Assembly: GCA_038232615.1 (NCBI GenBank)
Contig: JBBSNO010000001.1
Location: forward strand, 1-37,633
DNA length: 37,633 nt
Direction of reading: 5' to 3'
Origin: Actinomycetales bacterium
GTDB taxonomy: Bacteria > Actinomycetota > Actinomycetes > Actinomycetales > DASROP01
In this document: in pieces, positions 9,198 through 16,887 of the stretch
Numbering within the stretch: position 1 is the first letter of the stretch
Layout: the number at the start of each line of letters is the position of its first letter
Program-made: the position numbers and the translations under genes
The notes under the pieces: generated by a model
Databases searched by the model: none
Told to the model about the DNA's origin: nothing
Seen by the model: the letters and a program-made list of their open reading frames with translations, nothing else

Positions 9198-11252
9198 GTG
9201 CGGCACGAGCCGGGCACCCGGCTGTTCGCGTCGCAGGCGCTGTTCTCCAGCAGTGCGATCGGCGTGGCACTGCTCGACGCCGACGGCCGCTACGTGCGTG
9301 TCAACGACGTCCTCGCGGGTTGGCACGGGTCCACACCGGACGCGCTGGTGGGCGACGAGTCCCCGCGGGGCGGGCCCGACCTCGCCCCCTTCGCAGTCGA
9401 GGTGGCCGCCACCGGGATGGCCCGCGTCGACGTCGAGGTCGGGGCGGTCGGCGACCGGGGGCAGGCGCGGGCCGGTCGCGCCGACCAGTCGTGGCTGGCC
9501 GGTATCTACCCCCTGCGCGACGAGTCCGACCAGCTGCGGGTGGGCGTCCTGGCCGTCGACGTCGGGGGGCAGCGTCGCGCGGAACGGGCTCGCGCGGAGG
9601 CGGTCGAGCGCCTGGCCATGGTCGCCCGCGCCGGCCAGCTGATGGCCAGCTCGCTCGAGCCCGCGGACGCGTTGGCGAACCTGTGCGACGTGCTCGTTCC
9701 GACCCTGGGCGACCACGCCTTCGTCGACCTGCGCCACGGGGACGAGTTCGAGCGGGCTGCCATCCGGCACGCGGACGGGCTGAGCCCCGAACCACGCCTG
9801 GAACGGCCGGTCGGGCAGGACGCACAGTACGCGAGCGGGCACCCGGTGCGACGGGTCGCCGCGACACGTCGTCCCTACTGGGTGCACGACCTGGGGGCGG
9901 CCCCGTCCGTCGTCCCCCCTGGCCAGGACACCGACTTCGTCCGCGCTGTCGGTCTCACGAGCATCATGATCCTGCCTGTGCTCGCCGCCGGGAACCTGCT
10001 CGGCACCGTCGTCCTGGCCTGCTCGGGCAGCGGCCGTCACTACGCCGAGGACGACGTCCGCCTCGCACAGGACATCATCGACCGGGCGGCCGTCTCCATC
10101 GCCAACGCGCTCCGGTTCGCCGAGCAGCGCGAGGTCGCCGTCGCCCTGCAGCGCAGCCTCCTGCCCCAGTCGCTCGACCCCGTCGAGGGCCTGGACGTGG
10201 CCTGGCGCTACGTGCCCGGCACCGTCGGCACGGAGGTCGGGGGTGACTGGGCGGACGTCGTCGAGCTGCCGGGCGGTCGCGTCGCCATCGTGGTGGGCGA
10301 CGTGATGGGCCGCGGCCTGAGGGCGGCCGCCGTGATGGGCCAGCTGCGCACCGCCGTCCGCACCCTCGCTATCCAGGACCCGCCGCCGAGCGACCTGCTG
10401 ACCCAGCTCGACACCATCGTGTCCGGGCTCGGCGTGGACCAGATCGTGACGTGCGTCTACGCCGTCTACGACCCCGGCCGCTCGACGCTGCACATCGCGA
10501 ACGCCGGCCACCTGCCACCGCTCGTGCTGGTCGACGGCGTCGTCACCGCCGTGGACGCCGGCACGGCGGTGCCGCTGGGCGTCGGCGGCGTCGAGTTCGT
10601 CGAGCACACCATCGACCTACCGGACGGCGCCATCGTCGCGCTGTACACCGACGGAGTGGTCGAGCGCCGCGGGGGTGACCTGGGCGCGGCCGTGACGGTG
10701 CTGGCCGGCGCACTCGCCGGCGCCACGGGCACGCTCGAGGAACGCTGCGACACGCTGCTGGAGGCCGCCCCGGCCGGGGGGCCGGAGGGGTTCGGGGACG
10801 ACGTCGCGCTGCTGCTCGTGCGGGCCCGGCAGGAGGTGTGGTCGGGGGTGGTCACCGAGGTGCTCGACGCCGTCCCCGCGTCGGTGGGACTGGCCCGGCG
10901 CAGCGTCGAGGAGGCGCTGACGGCCTGGGGTCTGGACGTGTCCGAAGACCTTGTCACGACGATGGCACTGCTGGTCTCCGAGCTGGTGACGAACGCGGTG
11001 CGCTATGCCTCGGGGAACGCCGTGGAGCTCCTCACGCGCCGCGGGCCGGGAGCGTTGTGGGTGGAGGTCGGCGACGCCGACACGCGGGTCCCGCGGCTGC
11101 GGCACGCAGCCCCGGAGGACGAGGGAGGCCGGGGTCTCGCGCTGGTGCAGGCGCTCGCCACGAGCTGGGGCAGCCGGTCCACCCTCGACGGCAAGGTCGT
11201 GTGGTTCCGCCTCGACCTCAAGGGCCCGCCGAAGCGTCTCTCCGGCCGCTGA
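9198..11252 (+). CDS. Multidomain PAS-GAF-PP2C (SpoIIE-type) phosphatase fused to an RsbW-like HATPase domain
   Basis: PAS-like N-terminus (FSSSAIGVALLDADGRYVRVNDVLA), a GAF-like middle region, and the PP2C blocks GGDWADVVELPGGRVAIVVGDVMGRG and LYTDGVVE. The C-terminal block ELVTNAVRYA...DEGGRGLALVQALATSWG is HATPase-like. GTG 9198 is preferred: only 9 of the 15 codons from 9153 end in G/C. Confidence 0.85.
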   Translation: MRHEPGTRLFASQALFSSSAIGVALLDADGRYVRVNDVLAGWHGSTPDALVGDESPRGGPDLAPFAVEVAATGMARVDVEVGAVGDRGQARAGRADQSWLAGIYPLRDESDQLRVGVLAVDVGGQRRAERARAEAVERLAMVARAGQLMASSLEPADALANLCDVLVPTLGDHAFVDLRHGDEFERAAIRHADGLSPEPRLERPVGQDAQYASGHPVRRVAATRRPYWVHDLGAAPSVVPPGQDTDFVRAVGLTSIMILPVLAAGNLLGTVVLACSGSGRHYAEDDVRLAQDIIDRAAVSIANALRFAEQREVAVALQRSLLPQSLDPVEGLDVAWRYVPGTVGTEVGGDWADVVELPGGRVAIVVGDVMGRGLRAAAVMGQLRTAVRTLAIQDPPPSDLLTQLDTIVSGLGVDQIVTCVYAVYDPGRSTLHIANAGHLPPLVLVDGVVTAVDAGTAVPLGVGGVEFVEHTIDLPDGAIVALYTDGVVERRGGDLGAAVTVLAGALAGATGTLEERCDTLLEAAPAGGPEGFGDDVALLLVRARQEVWSGVVTEVLDAVPASVGLARRSVEEALTAWGLDVSEDLVTTMALLVSELVTNAVRYASGNAVELLTRRGPGALWVEVGDADTRVPRLRHAAPEDEGGRGLALVQALATSWGSRSTLDGKVVWFRLDLKGPPKRLSGR

Positions 11253-11320
11253 GCAGCGACGCTCAGCCCCCCTCGTCACGGTCCGATGACGTGCGCGTCC
11301 GCCGTACGTAGCCGCGCCCG

Positions 11321-11608
11321 CTACTGAGGCCGCGGCGTCGTCCCGGAGGAGGGGGTGGTCGGTGGTGGCGTGGCCGGCGGGGGCGTGGCCGGTGGGGGCG
11401 GCGTCGGTGGGGGCGGCGTCGCTCCTGCGCCTCCTCCGCCACGGCGCTTGTCGACCTCGCTGCGCACTCGGCCGACGCCCTTGTCGATCTTGGCGCGGGT
11501 AGCGGGGTCCTTGGACATCTGCTCCGCCTTCACCCGCGCCTTCTCGATGGCGCGGCGGCCCTGGGGGCTGCTCGCGAACCTGGTGATCTTGCTGAGGAAC
11601 CCGGCCAC
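11321..11608 (-). CDS. Small conserved hypothetical protein with a Pro/Thr-rich repetitive C-terminus
   Basis: 95 aa. GTG start is preceded by AAGGAG with an 8-nt spacer. Basic helical N-half, then PPPPTPPPPATPPPATPPPTTP encoded by short imperfect DNA repeats (about 11340-11420). Confidence 0.6.
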   Translation of the reverse strand: MAGFLSKITRFASSPQGRRAIEKARVKAEQMSKDPATRAKIDKGVGRVRSEVDKRRGGGGAGATPPPPTPPPPATPPPATPPPTTPSSGTTPRPQ

Positions 11609-11734
11609 GGTGTGAACTCCTTGTCGCGGTGCGTCCCGGCTCGCGGGCGAGCCGGTCTGTCTCCCAGCCTCGGGGCAGGCGTCGGAAGGGGCAACTCCGG
11701 AGAGCTGTCAGCGGTTCCACCTAGCCTCGCACGC

Positions 11735-13855
11735 ATGACGACGACAGTGATCGGGCGTGCCGACGCCGAAGCCGTGCTCGACCGCCTGGTCGGCCGGGAG
11801 GGCACCGCGTTCCGGGAGGGCCAGTGGGAAGCGGTCGACGCGCTGGTCAACCACGGACGCCGAGCACTGGTGGTCCAGCGCACGGGTTGGGGCAAGTCGG
11901 CGGTGTACTTCGTCGCGACGGCGTTGCTGCGCCGTGCCGGCTCGGGGCCGACGCTGCTCGTGTCGCCCCTGCTGGCGCTGATGCGCGACCAGGTGGCCGC
12001 GGCCGGTCGGGCCGGCGTCCGGGCGGCGGAGATCAGCTCGTCCAACGCCGACCGGTGGGGTGACGTCCTGGCCGACCTGGAGGCCGACGAGGTCGACGTC
12101 CTGCTCGTCTCCCCCGAGCGGCTGGAGAACCCGCGCTTCCGGGACACGGTGCTGCCCGACCTGGTGCGACGCTGCGGGCTGGTGGTGGTCGACGAGGCCC
12201 ACTGCATCTCCGACTGGGGTCACGACTTCCGCCCCGACTACCGGCGGATCCGTGACCTGCTGGCCCGGCTGACGGCCGGGACGCCGGTGCTCGCGACCAC
12301 GGCGACGGCGAACGCACGGGTGACTCTCGACGTCGCCGAGCAGCTCGGGGCCGGCGGCGTCGAGGTGACGACGGTCCGTGGGCCGCTCGGTCGTGACTCC
12401 CTGCGTCTGGGCGTGCTCCAGCTGCCGTCGGTGGCGGACCGGCTGGCGTGGCTCGCGGCGCACCTGGACGACCTGCCCGGCAGCGGCATCGTCTACACGC
12501 TCACCGTCAGCGCGGCCGAGGACACGGCCCGGCTCCTGCGTGACGCGGGGCACCAGGTGCTGGCCTACACCGGCCGCACCGACGACGCCGACCGGCGCTC
12601 CGCGGAGGAGTCGTTGCGAGGCAACGAGGTCAAGGCCCTGGTCGCCACCTCGGCCCTGGGCATGGGGTTCGACAAGCCCGACCTCGGGTTCGTGGTGCAC
12701 CTGGGTGCGCCGTCGTCCCCGGTCAGCTACTACCAGCAGGTGGGCCGGGCCGGCCGGGCCGTCGAGCGCGCCGATGTCCTGCTCCTTCCCGGGGTCGAGG
12801 ACGAGGCGGTGTGGCGGTACTTCGCGACGGCGTCGATGCCCCGTCGCGAGGACGCCGAGGCCGTCCTCGCCGCGTTGGCGTCCGCGAGCAAGCCGATGTC
12901 GACGGTCGCGCTGGAGACCGTCGCCGACATCCGCCGTACCCGGCTCGAGCTGCTGCTGAAGGTGCTGGCCGTCGAGGGGGCAGTGAGCCGGGTGGGAGGC
13001 GGGTGGCAGAGCACGGGCGTGCCGTGGGTCTACGACGCGGAGCGGTACGCCCGCGTCGACGAGGCGCGCCGGAGGGAGGCCGAGGCGATGCGCGCGTACG
13101 TCCGGGGTGTGACGTGCCGGATGGAGTTCCTCCAGCGCGACCTGGACGACGACACCGCGGTGCCCTGCGGCCGTTGTGACGTGTGCGCGGGCGCCTGGTA
13201 CCCCGACCAGGTCCCCGAGGGTGCCCGTGACGAGGCCAGCGCCCACCTGCGCCGGGTCGGGGTGGAGGTCGACCCGCGGGCGCAGTGGCCCAGCGGGGTG
13301 TCACGGCTCGGGGTCGACGTCTCCGGCCGCATCGGCCCCGGCGAGCAGGTGCTCCCCGGACGGGCGGTCGCCCGCCTGACCGACCTCGGCTGGGGCCCAC
13401 GCCTGCGCGAGCTGCTCGCCGACGGCTCCCCCGACGCCGCAGCCCCCACCGCGGTGCTCGACGCCTGCGTCGCCGTCCTCGCGGCCTGGGGGTGGCAGAC
13501 CCGTCCCGGCGGCATCGTCAGCGTGGCCTCGCGCCGCCGTCCGCTCCTGGTCGCCAGCGTGGCCGAGCACCTCGCGCGGGTGGGCCGGCTCCCGCTCCTG
13601 GGCTCCCTCGAGGTCAGGCACGGAGGTTCGACCGGGTCGCCCGGGGGAAACTCCGCCTTCCGCCTCGCCGGTGTGTGGGACCGGCTCGCCGTTCCGGAAG
13701 AGCTCGCCGAGGCGCTCGGTCGCTCGGGCCGTGCGCCGGTGCTGCTGGTCGACGACCTGGTCGACTCCCGCTGGACGATGACGGTCGCCGGCCGCGAGCT
13801 ACGCCGCGCCGGCGCGGCCGGCGTCCTGCCGTTCGCGCTCGCCGTCGCAGCCTGA
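11735..13855 (+). CDS. rqlH: RecQ-like ATP-dependent DNA helicase, RqlH type (ComF/phosphoribosyltransferase-like C-domain instead of HRDC)
   Basis: Walker A QRTGWGKS, DEAH box VVDEAHCISDWGHDFRPDY, ATTATA, four-Cys zinc module CRMEFL...CGRCDVC. C-terminal NSAFRL...PVLLVDDLVDSRWTMTVAGRELRRAGA resembles the ComF-type PRT fold. Confidence 0.88.
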   Translation: MTTTVIGRADAEAVLDRLVGREGTAFREGQWEAVDALVNHGRRALVVQRTGWGKSAVYFVATALLRRAGSGPTLLVSPLLALMRDQVAAAGRAGVRAAEISSSNADRWGDVLADLEADEVDVLLVSPERLENPRFRDTVLPDLVRRCGLVVVDEAHCISDWGHDFRPDYRRIRDLLARLTAGTPVLATTATANARVTLDVAEQLGAGGVEVTTVRGPLGRDSLRLGVLQLPSVADRLAWLAAHLDDLPGSGIVYTLTVSAAEDTARLLRDAGHQVLAYTGRTDDADRRSAEESLRGNEVKALVATSALGMGFDKPDLGFVVHLGAPSSPVSYYQQVGRAGRAVERADVLLLPGVEDEAVWRYFATASMPRREDAEAVLAALASASKPMSTVALETVADIRRTRLELLLKVLAVEGAVSRVGGGWQSTGVPWVYDAERYARVDEARRREAEAMRAYVRGVTCRMEFLQRDLDDDTAVPCGRCDVCAGAWYPDQVPEGARDEASAHLRRVGVEVDPRAQWPSGVSRLGVDVSGRIGPGEQVLPGRAVARLTDLGWGPRLRELLADGSPDAAAPTAVLDACVAVLAAWGWQTRPGGIVSVASRRRPLLVASVAEHLARVGRLPLLGSLEVRHGGSTGSPGGNSAFRLAGVWDRLAVPEELAEALGRSGRAPVLLVDDLVDSRWTMTVAGRELRRAGAAGVLPFALAVAA

Positions 13856-13883
13856 CGGGCCTGCTCCGTCGGCGCCCGGGCCA

Positions 13884-13905
13884 CCCCTCCGCCGTGTCGG
13901 AGGGG
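13884..13905 (+). terminator. Possible intrinsic terminator hairpin after the helicase gene
   Basis: 8-bp GC-rich stem CCCCTCCG / CGGAGGGG with a 6-nt loop, about 30 nt after the stop. There is no U-tract, which is common in high-GC actinobacteria. Confidence 0.3.
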
Positions 13906-13966
13906 CCACGTCGCCGACGTCTAGGGTTCGGACGGACCCTGACGACCGACCCGAGGAGCGAGCTCG

Positions 13967-14728
13967 ATGGCGGACCCGACCGGACGTGTGGCCCTGGTGA
14001 CCGGCGGGGCCGGAGGAATCGGCTCCGCGACCGCCCGTCGGCTGGCGGCGGACGGCGCAGCCGTGGCGCTGCTCGACCTCGACGAGGCCGCTGCGTCGGC
14101 CGCCGCCGACCAGCTGGCGGCCACCGGCGCCCGCGCGATCGGCGTCGGCGCCGACGTCAGCGACGCGGAGGCGGTCCAGGCAGCGGTCGACCGCACGGCC
14201 GCCGAGCTCGGCAGCCTCGACATCCTCGTCAACAACGCCGGCGTCACGCGCGACAACCTGCTGTTCAAGCTGACCGAGGACGACTGGGACACGGTCATGA
14301 ACGTGCACCTGCGTGGAGCGTTCCTGATGAGCAAGGCGGCGCAGAAGCACTTCGTGGAGAAGAAGTTCGGTCGCATCGTCAACCTCTCCAGCGTCTCGGC
14401 GCTCGGCAACCGCGGCCAGGCCAACTACTCGGCCGCGAAGATGGGCCTGCAGGGTTTCACCCGGACGCTGGCTATCGAGCTCGGCCCGTTCGGTGTCACG
14501 GTCAACGCCGTGGCCCCGGGCTTCATCGTCACGGCCATGACCGACGCCACCGCCGCGCGCCTGGGCATGGACCCGCAGGAGTACCGCAAGCTCGCCGCCG
14601 ACGCCGCGCCCGTGCGCCGGGTGGGCCAGCCCGAGGACATCGCGAACGCGATCGCCTTCCTCGTCTCCGACGACGCGTCGTTCGTCACCGGGCAGACGCT
14701 GTACGTCGACGGCGGGGCGAAGCTCTGA
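13967..14728 (+). CDS. fabG: 3-oxoacyl-ACP reductase-type short-chain dehydrogenase (SDR)
   Basis: TGGAGGIG cofactor loop, NNAG, catalytic YSAAK. GAGGAG RBS upstream. The stop overlaps the next start (ATGA at 14726-14730). Confidence 0.85.
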   Translation: MADPTGRVALVTGGAGGIGSATARRLAADGAAVALLDLDEAAASAAADQLAATGARAIGVGADVSDAEAVQAAVDRTAAELGSLDILVNNAGVTRDNLLFKLTEDDWDTVMNVHLRGAFLMSKAAQKHFVEKKFGRIVNLSSVSALGNRGQANYSAAKMGLQGFTRTLAIELGPFGVTVNAVAPGFIVTAMTDATAARLGMDPQEYRKLAADAAPVRRVGQPEDIANAIAFLVSDDASFVTGQTLYVDGGAKL

Positions 14729-15897
14729 TGGACTTCTCGCTGGGCACCGAGGAGCGCGAGATCCGGAGCTGGGTCCGCACCTTCGTCAGCAGGGAGATCC
14801 TGCCCCTCGAGCCCGCGGTCCTCGAACGCGAGCGGCGCGGCGAGCGCGGCCTTCCGGCCGAGACGCTGGACGCGTTGCGCGGCAAGGCGAAGCAGTCGGG
14901 TTTCTGGGGCATCCAGACGCCCGAGGAGTACGGCGGGATGGGGCTGTCGGCCGTGGTGACGGCCCTGGTCGAGGCTGAGCTCGGGCGATCGTTCGTCCCC
15001 TTCTCGTTCGGCGGGTACGCCGACAACATCCTGTACGACGCCAACGAGGCGCAGCAGGAGCGCTACCTGCTGCCGACGATCGCCGGAGACCGCAAGGCCT
15101 GCTTCGCGATTACCGAGCCCGGCGCTGGCTCGGACGCGAAGGCCATCCGCACCCGCGCGGAGCGGGACGGCGACGACTGGGTCGTCAACGGCGAGAAGAC
15201 GTTCATCACCGGCGGCAACGAGGCCGACTTCGCCATGGTGTTCGCGGTCACCGACAGGCAGAAGGGCGCGGACGGCGGCGTGACGTGCTTCCTCGTCGAC
15301 CGCGCCATGGGCTGGACGTCGTCGATGATCGACACCATGGGCGAGTGGGGTCCGGCGGCACTCCAGCTCACCGACGTCCGGGTGCCCCACGAGAACGTGT
15401 TGGGCGAGGTCGGTCACGGCTTCGAGCTGGCGATGCGGTGGATCGGGCGCGGTCGCTACCTGTTGCCGGCGCATGCCCTCGGCGCCTGCGAGCGCCTGGT
15501 GGAGATGGCGATCGAGACCTCCAAGAACCGCGTGACGTTCGGGGAGCCGATCTCCGAGCGCCAGGCGATCCAGTGGATGATCGCCGACTCCGCCGTCGAG
15601 ATCGAGGCACTGCGGTGGCTGGTGCTGCAGGCCGCCTGGCAGGTCGACACCGGGCTCGACTCCCGCCAGGCGCAGTCCATGGCCAAGCTGTACGGAGGCG
15701 TCAAGGCCAACGAGATCGTCGACCGGGTCCTGCAGATCCACGGCGGCATGGGGTACACCCGCGAGCTGCCGGTGGAACGCTGGTACCGGGAGCTGCGGCT
15801 CCTGCGGATCTACGAGGGCACCGACGAGATCCAGCGCCGCACCATCGCGCGCAACCTGCTGAAGGGGCACGCGAGCGTCCGCGGGGTGCTCCGTTGA
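14728..15897 (+). CDS. Acyl-CoA dehydrogenase
   Basis: 389 aa. ITEPGAGSD, FITGG, GGMGYTRELPVERWYRELRLLRIYEGTDEIQRRTIA. Translationally coupled to fabG. Confidence 0.9.
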   Translation: MDFSLGTEEREIRSWVRTFVSREILPLEPAVLERERRGERGLPAETLDALRGKAKQSGFWGIQTPEEYGGMGLSAVVTALVEAELGRSFVPFSFGGYADNILYDANEAQQERYLLPTIAGDRKACFAITEPGAGSDAKAIRTRAERDGDDWVVNGEKTFITGGNEADFAMVFAVTDRQKGADGGVTCFLVDRAMGWTSSMIDTMGEWGPAALQLTDVRVPHENVLGEVGHGFELAMRWIGRGRYLLPAHALGACERLVEMAIETSKNRVTFGEPISERQAIQWMIADSAVEIEALRWLVLQAAWQVDTGLDSRQAQSMAKLYGGVKANEIVDRVLQIHGGMGYTRELPVERWYRELRLLRIYEGTDEIQRRTIARNLLKGHASVRGVLR

Positions 15898-16514
15898 ACG
15901 CGCCCGTCGACCGCGTCGAGGTCAGCGTCGCCGACCTGGAGCCGGGCAGGACCTACCCCTGGCTGACCGCGACGGTCATCCCCCGCCCGATCGCCTGGGT
16001 GTCGACGCTATCGGCTCAGGGCGTGCCGAACCTGGCGCCGCACTCGTTCTTCACCGTCGCGTCCGCGGAGCCACCCGTCGTCCAGTTCACCTCGGTCGGC
16101 ACCAAGGACTCGTTGCGCAACGTGCGGGCGACCGGCGAGTTCGTCGTCCACCTGGCGCCGCGGTCCCTGACGCACGCCGTCAACCGCACCGGCGCCGACT
16201 ACCCACCGGAGCAGGACGAGTTCGAGGGCGCGAGCCTGGCCACCGAGCCCAGCCGGCTGGTGGCGCCCGCCAGGGTCGCCGACTCCCCCGTCGCGCTGGA
16301 GTGCGTCGCCGCCGGGGAACGCTCGTTCGGGCGCAGCACCGTGGTGTTCGGCCGCGTGGTCCACCTCGCCGTAATGCGTTCGGTGATGGCGGACGATGGA
16401 CTGCCCGATCCCGTCCTGCTCGACCCGGTCTCGCGCCTGGGCCGCGACCAGTGGGGCACCCTCGGTGAGGTGTTCGCGCTGCCGCGTCTGCGCTACGCCG
16501 AGCTGGACGACTGA
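15894..16514 (+). CDS. Flavin reductase-like (FMN-binding split-barrel) protein
   Basis: VIPRPIAWVSTLS...NLAPHSFFTV...SLRNVRATGEFVV blocks. A TTG 15894 start overlapping the ACAD stop is assumed, so the start is uncertain. Confidence 0.72.
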   Translation: MNAPVDRVEVSVADLEPGRTYPWLTATVIPRPIAWVSTLSAQGVPNLAPHSFFTVASAEPPVVQFTSVGTKDSLRNVRATGEFVVHLAPRSLTHAVNRTGADYPPEQDEFEGASLATEPSRLVAPARVADSPVALECVAAGERSFGRSTVVFGRVVHLAVMRSVMADDGLPDPVLLDPVSRLGRDQWGTLGEVFALPRLRYAELDD

Positions 16515-16576
16515 GCTCCGCGGGGAAACTCCCGACCTCTCGATCCGGCTCAGCTGTCCAGTCGCGCCGCGGACCG

Positions 16577-16735
16577 ATGACACCTGGCATGAGCAGTGTG
16601 AGCGCCGGGATGCACCGGGCGACGCCAGTGGTCGTCGGGGTGCTCCTGGCCGCCTACGGGCTGGCAGTGCTGCTGGGGACGCCGGGTGCTCCGGGGATCG
16701 TGCTCACCGAAAATGTGGCGCGCCACATTTTCCAC
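16577..16735 (+). pseudogene. 5' fragment of a membrane-sensor GGDEF-type gene interrupted by the RIT element
   Basis: Encodes a hydrophobic N-terminus (...VVVGVLLAAYGLAVLLG...IVLTENVARHIFH). The frame then runs into the element's terminal repeat at 16736. It continues in frame at 20206. Confidence 0.55.
16710..16731. repeat. Perfect 22-bp palindrome AAAATGTGGCGCGCCACATTTT abutting the RIT left end
   Basis: Read directly from the sequence. Each half carries ATGTGGC, the core of the element's CGTTATGTGGCCGGT motif. There is no counterpart outside the right end. Confidence 0.9.
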
Positions 16736-16764
16736 GTTCTGTGCCCGCCCGCGTTATGTGGCCG
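16736..16764 (+). repeat. RIT left terminal inverted repeat (contains motif copy L1, CGTTATGTGGCCG, 16752-16764)
   Basis: Perfect reverse complement of 20177-20205. Confidence 0.9.
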
Positions 16765-16815
16765 TGGGGGTCGACGTCCCTGGCGCGCAGCGATGAACGG
16801 CCAAGCGCGGCCGTT

Positions 16816-16830
16816 ACCGGCCACATAACG
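16816..16830 (-). repeat. RIT left subterminal motif copy L2 (CGTTATGTGGCCGGT in reverse orientation)
   Basis: ACCGGCCACATAACG on the plus strand. Forms an inverted pair with L1 across a 51-nt spacer. Lies 57 nt upstream of the ritA ATG. Confidence 0.85.
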
Positions 16831-16887
16831 TTCGCCGCTCGATGGATGGTGCTTCCTCCACCCCTCACGGAGAGAGGAAGTTGTCCC

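Noticed and set aside
8225-10607. Very long ORFs 8225..10246 (+, 673 aa) and 8799..10607 (-, 602 aa)
   Set aside because: These are shadow frames of the ADH and PP2C genes. Their translations are dominated by R/G/P/A runs and carry no motifs. This is typical of open antisense or off-frames in high-GC DNA.
11340-11420. Short tandem repeats here and at 21959..22000, considered as a possible CRISPR or minisatellite
   Set aside because: Both lie inside coding frames (a Pro-rich tail and a TM duplication). They have no spacers, too few units and no leader, so neither is a CRISPR array.
13285-14727. N-terminal ~480 codons of the 870-aa ORF 13285..15897
   Set aside because: Only the last 389 codons (from ATG 14728) match acyl-CoA dehydrogenase. 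The upstream part is an off-frame across the helicase 3' end and fabG.
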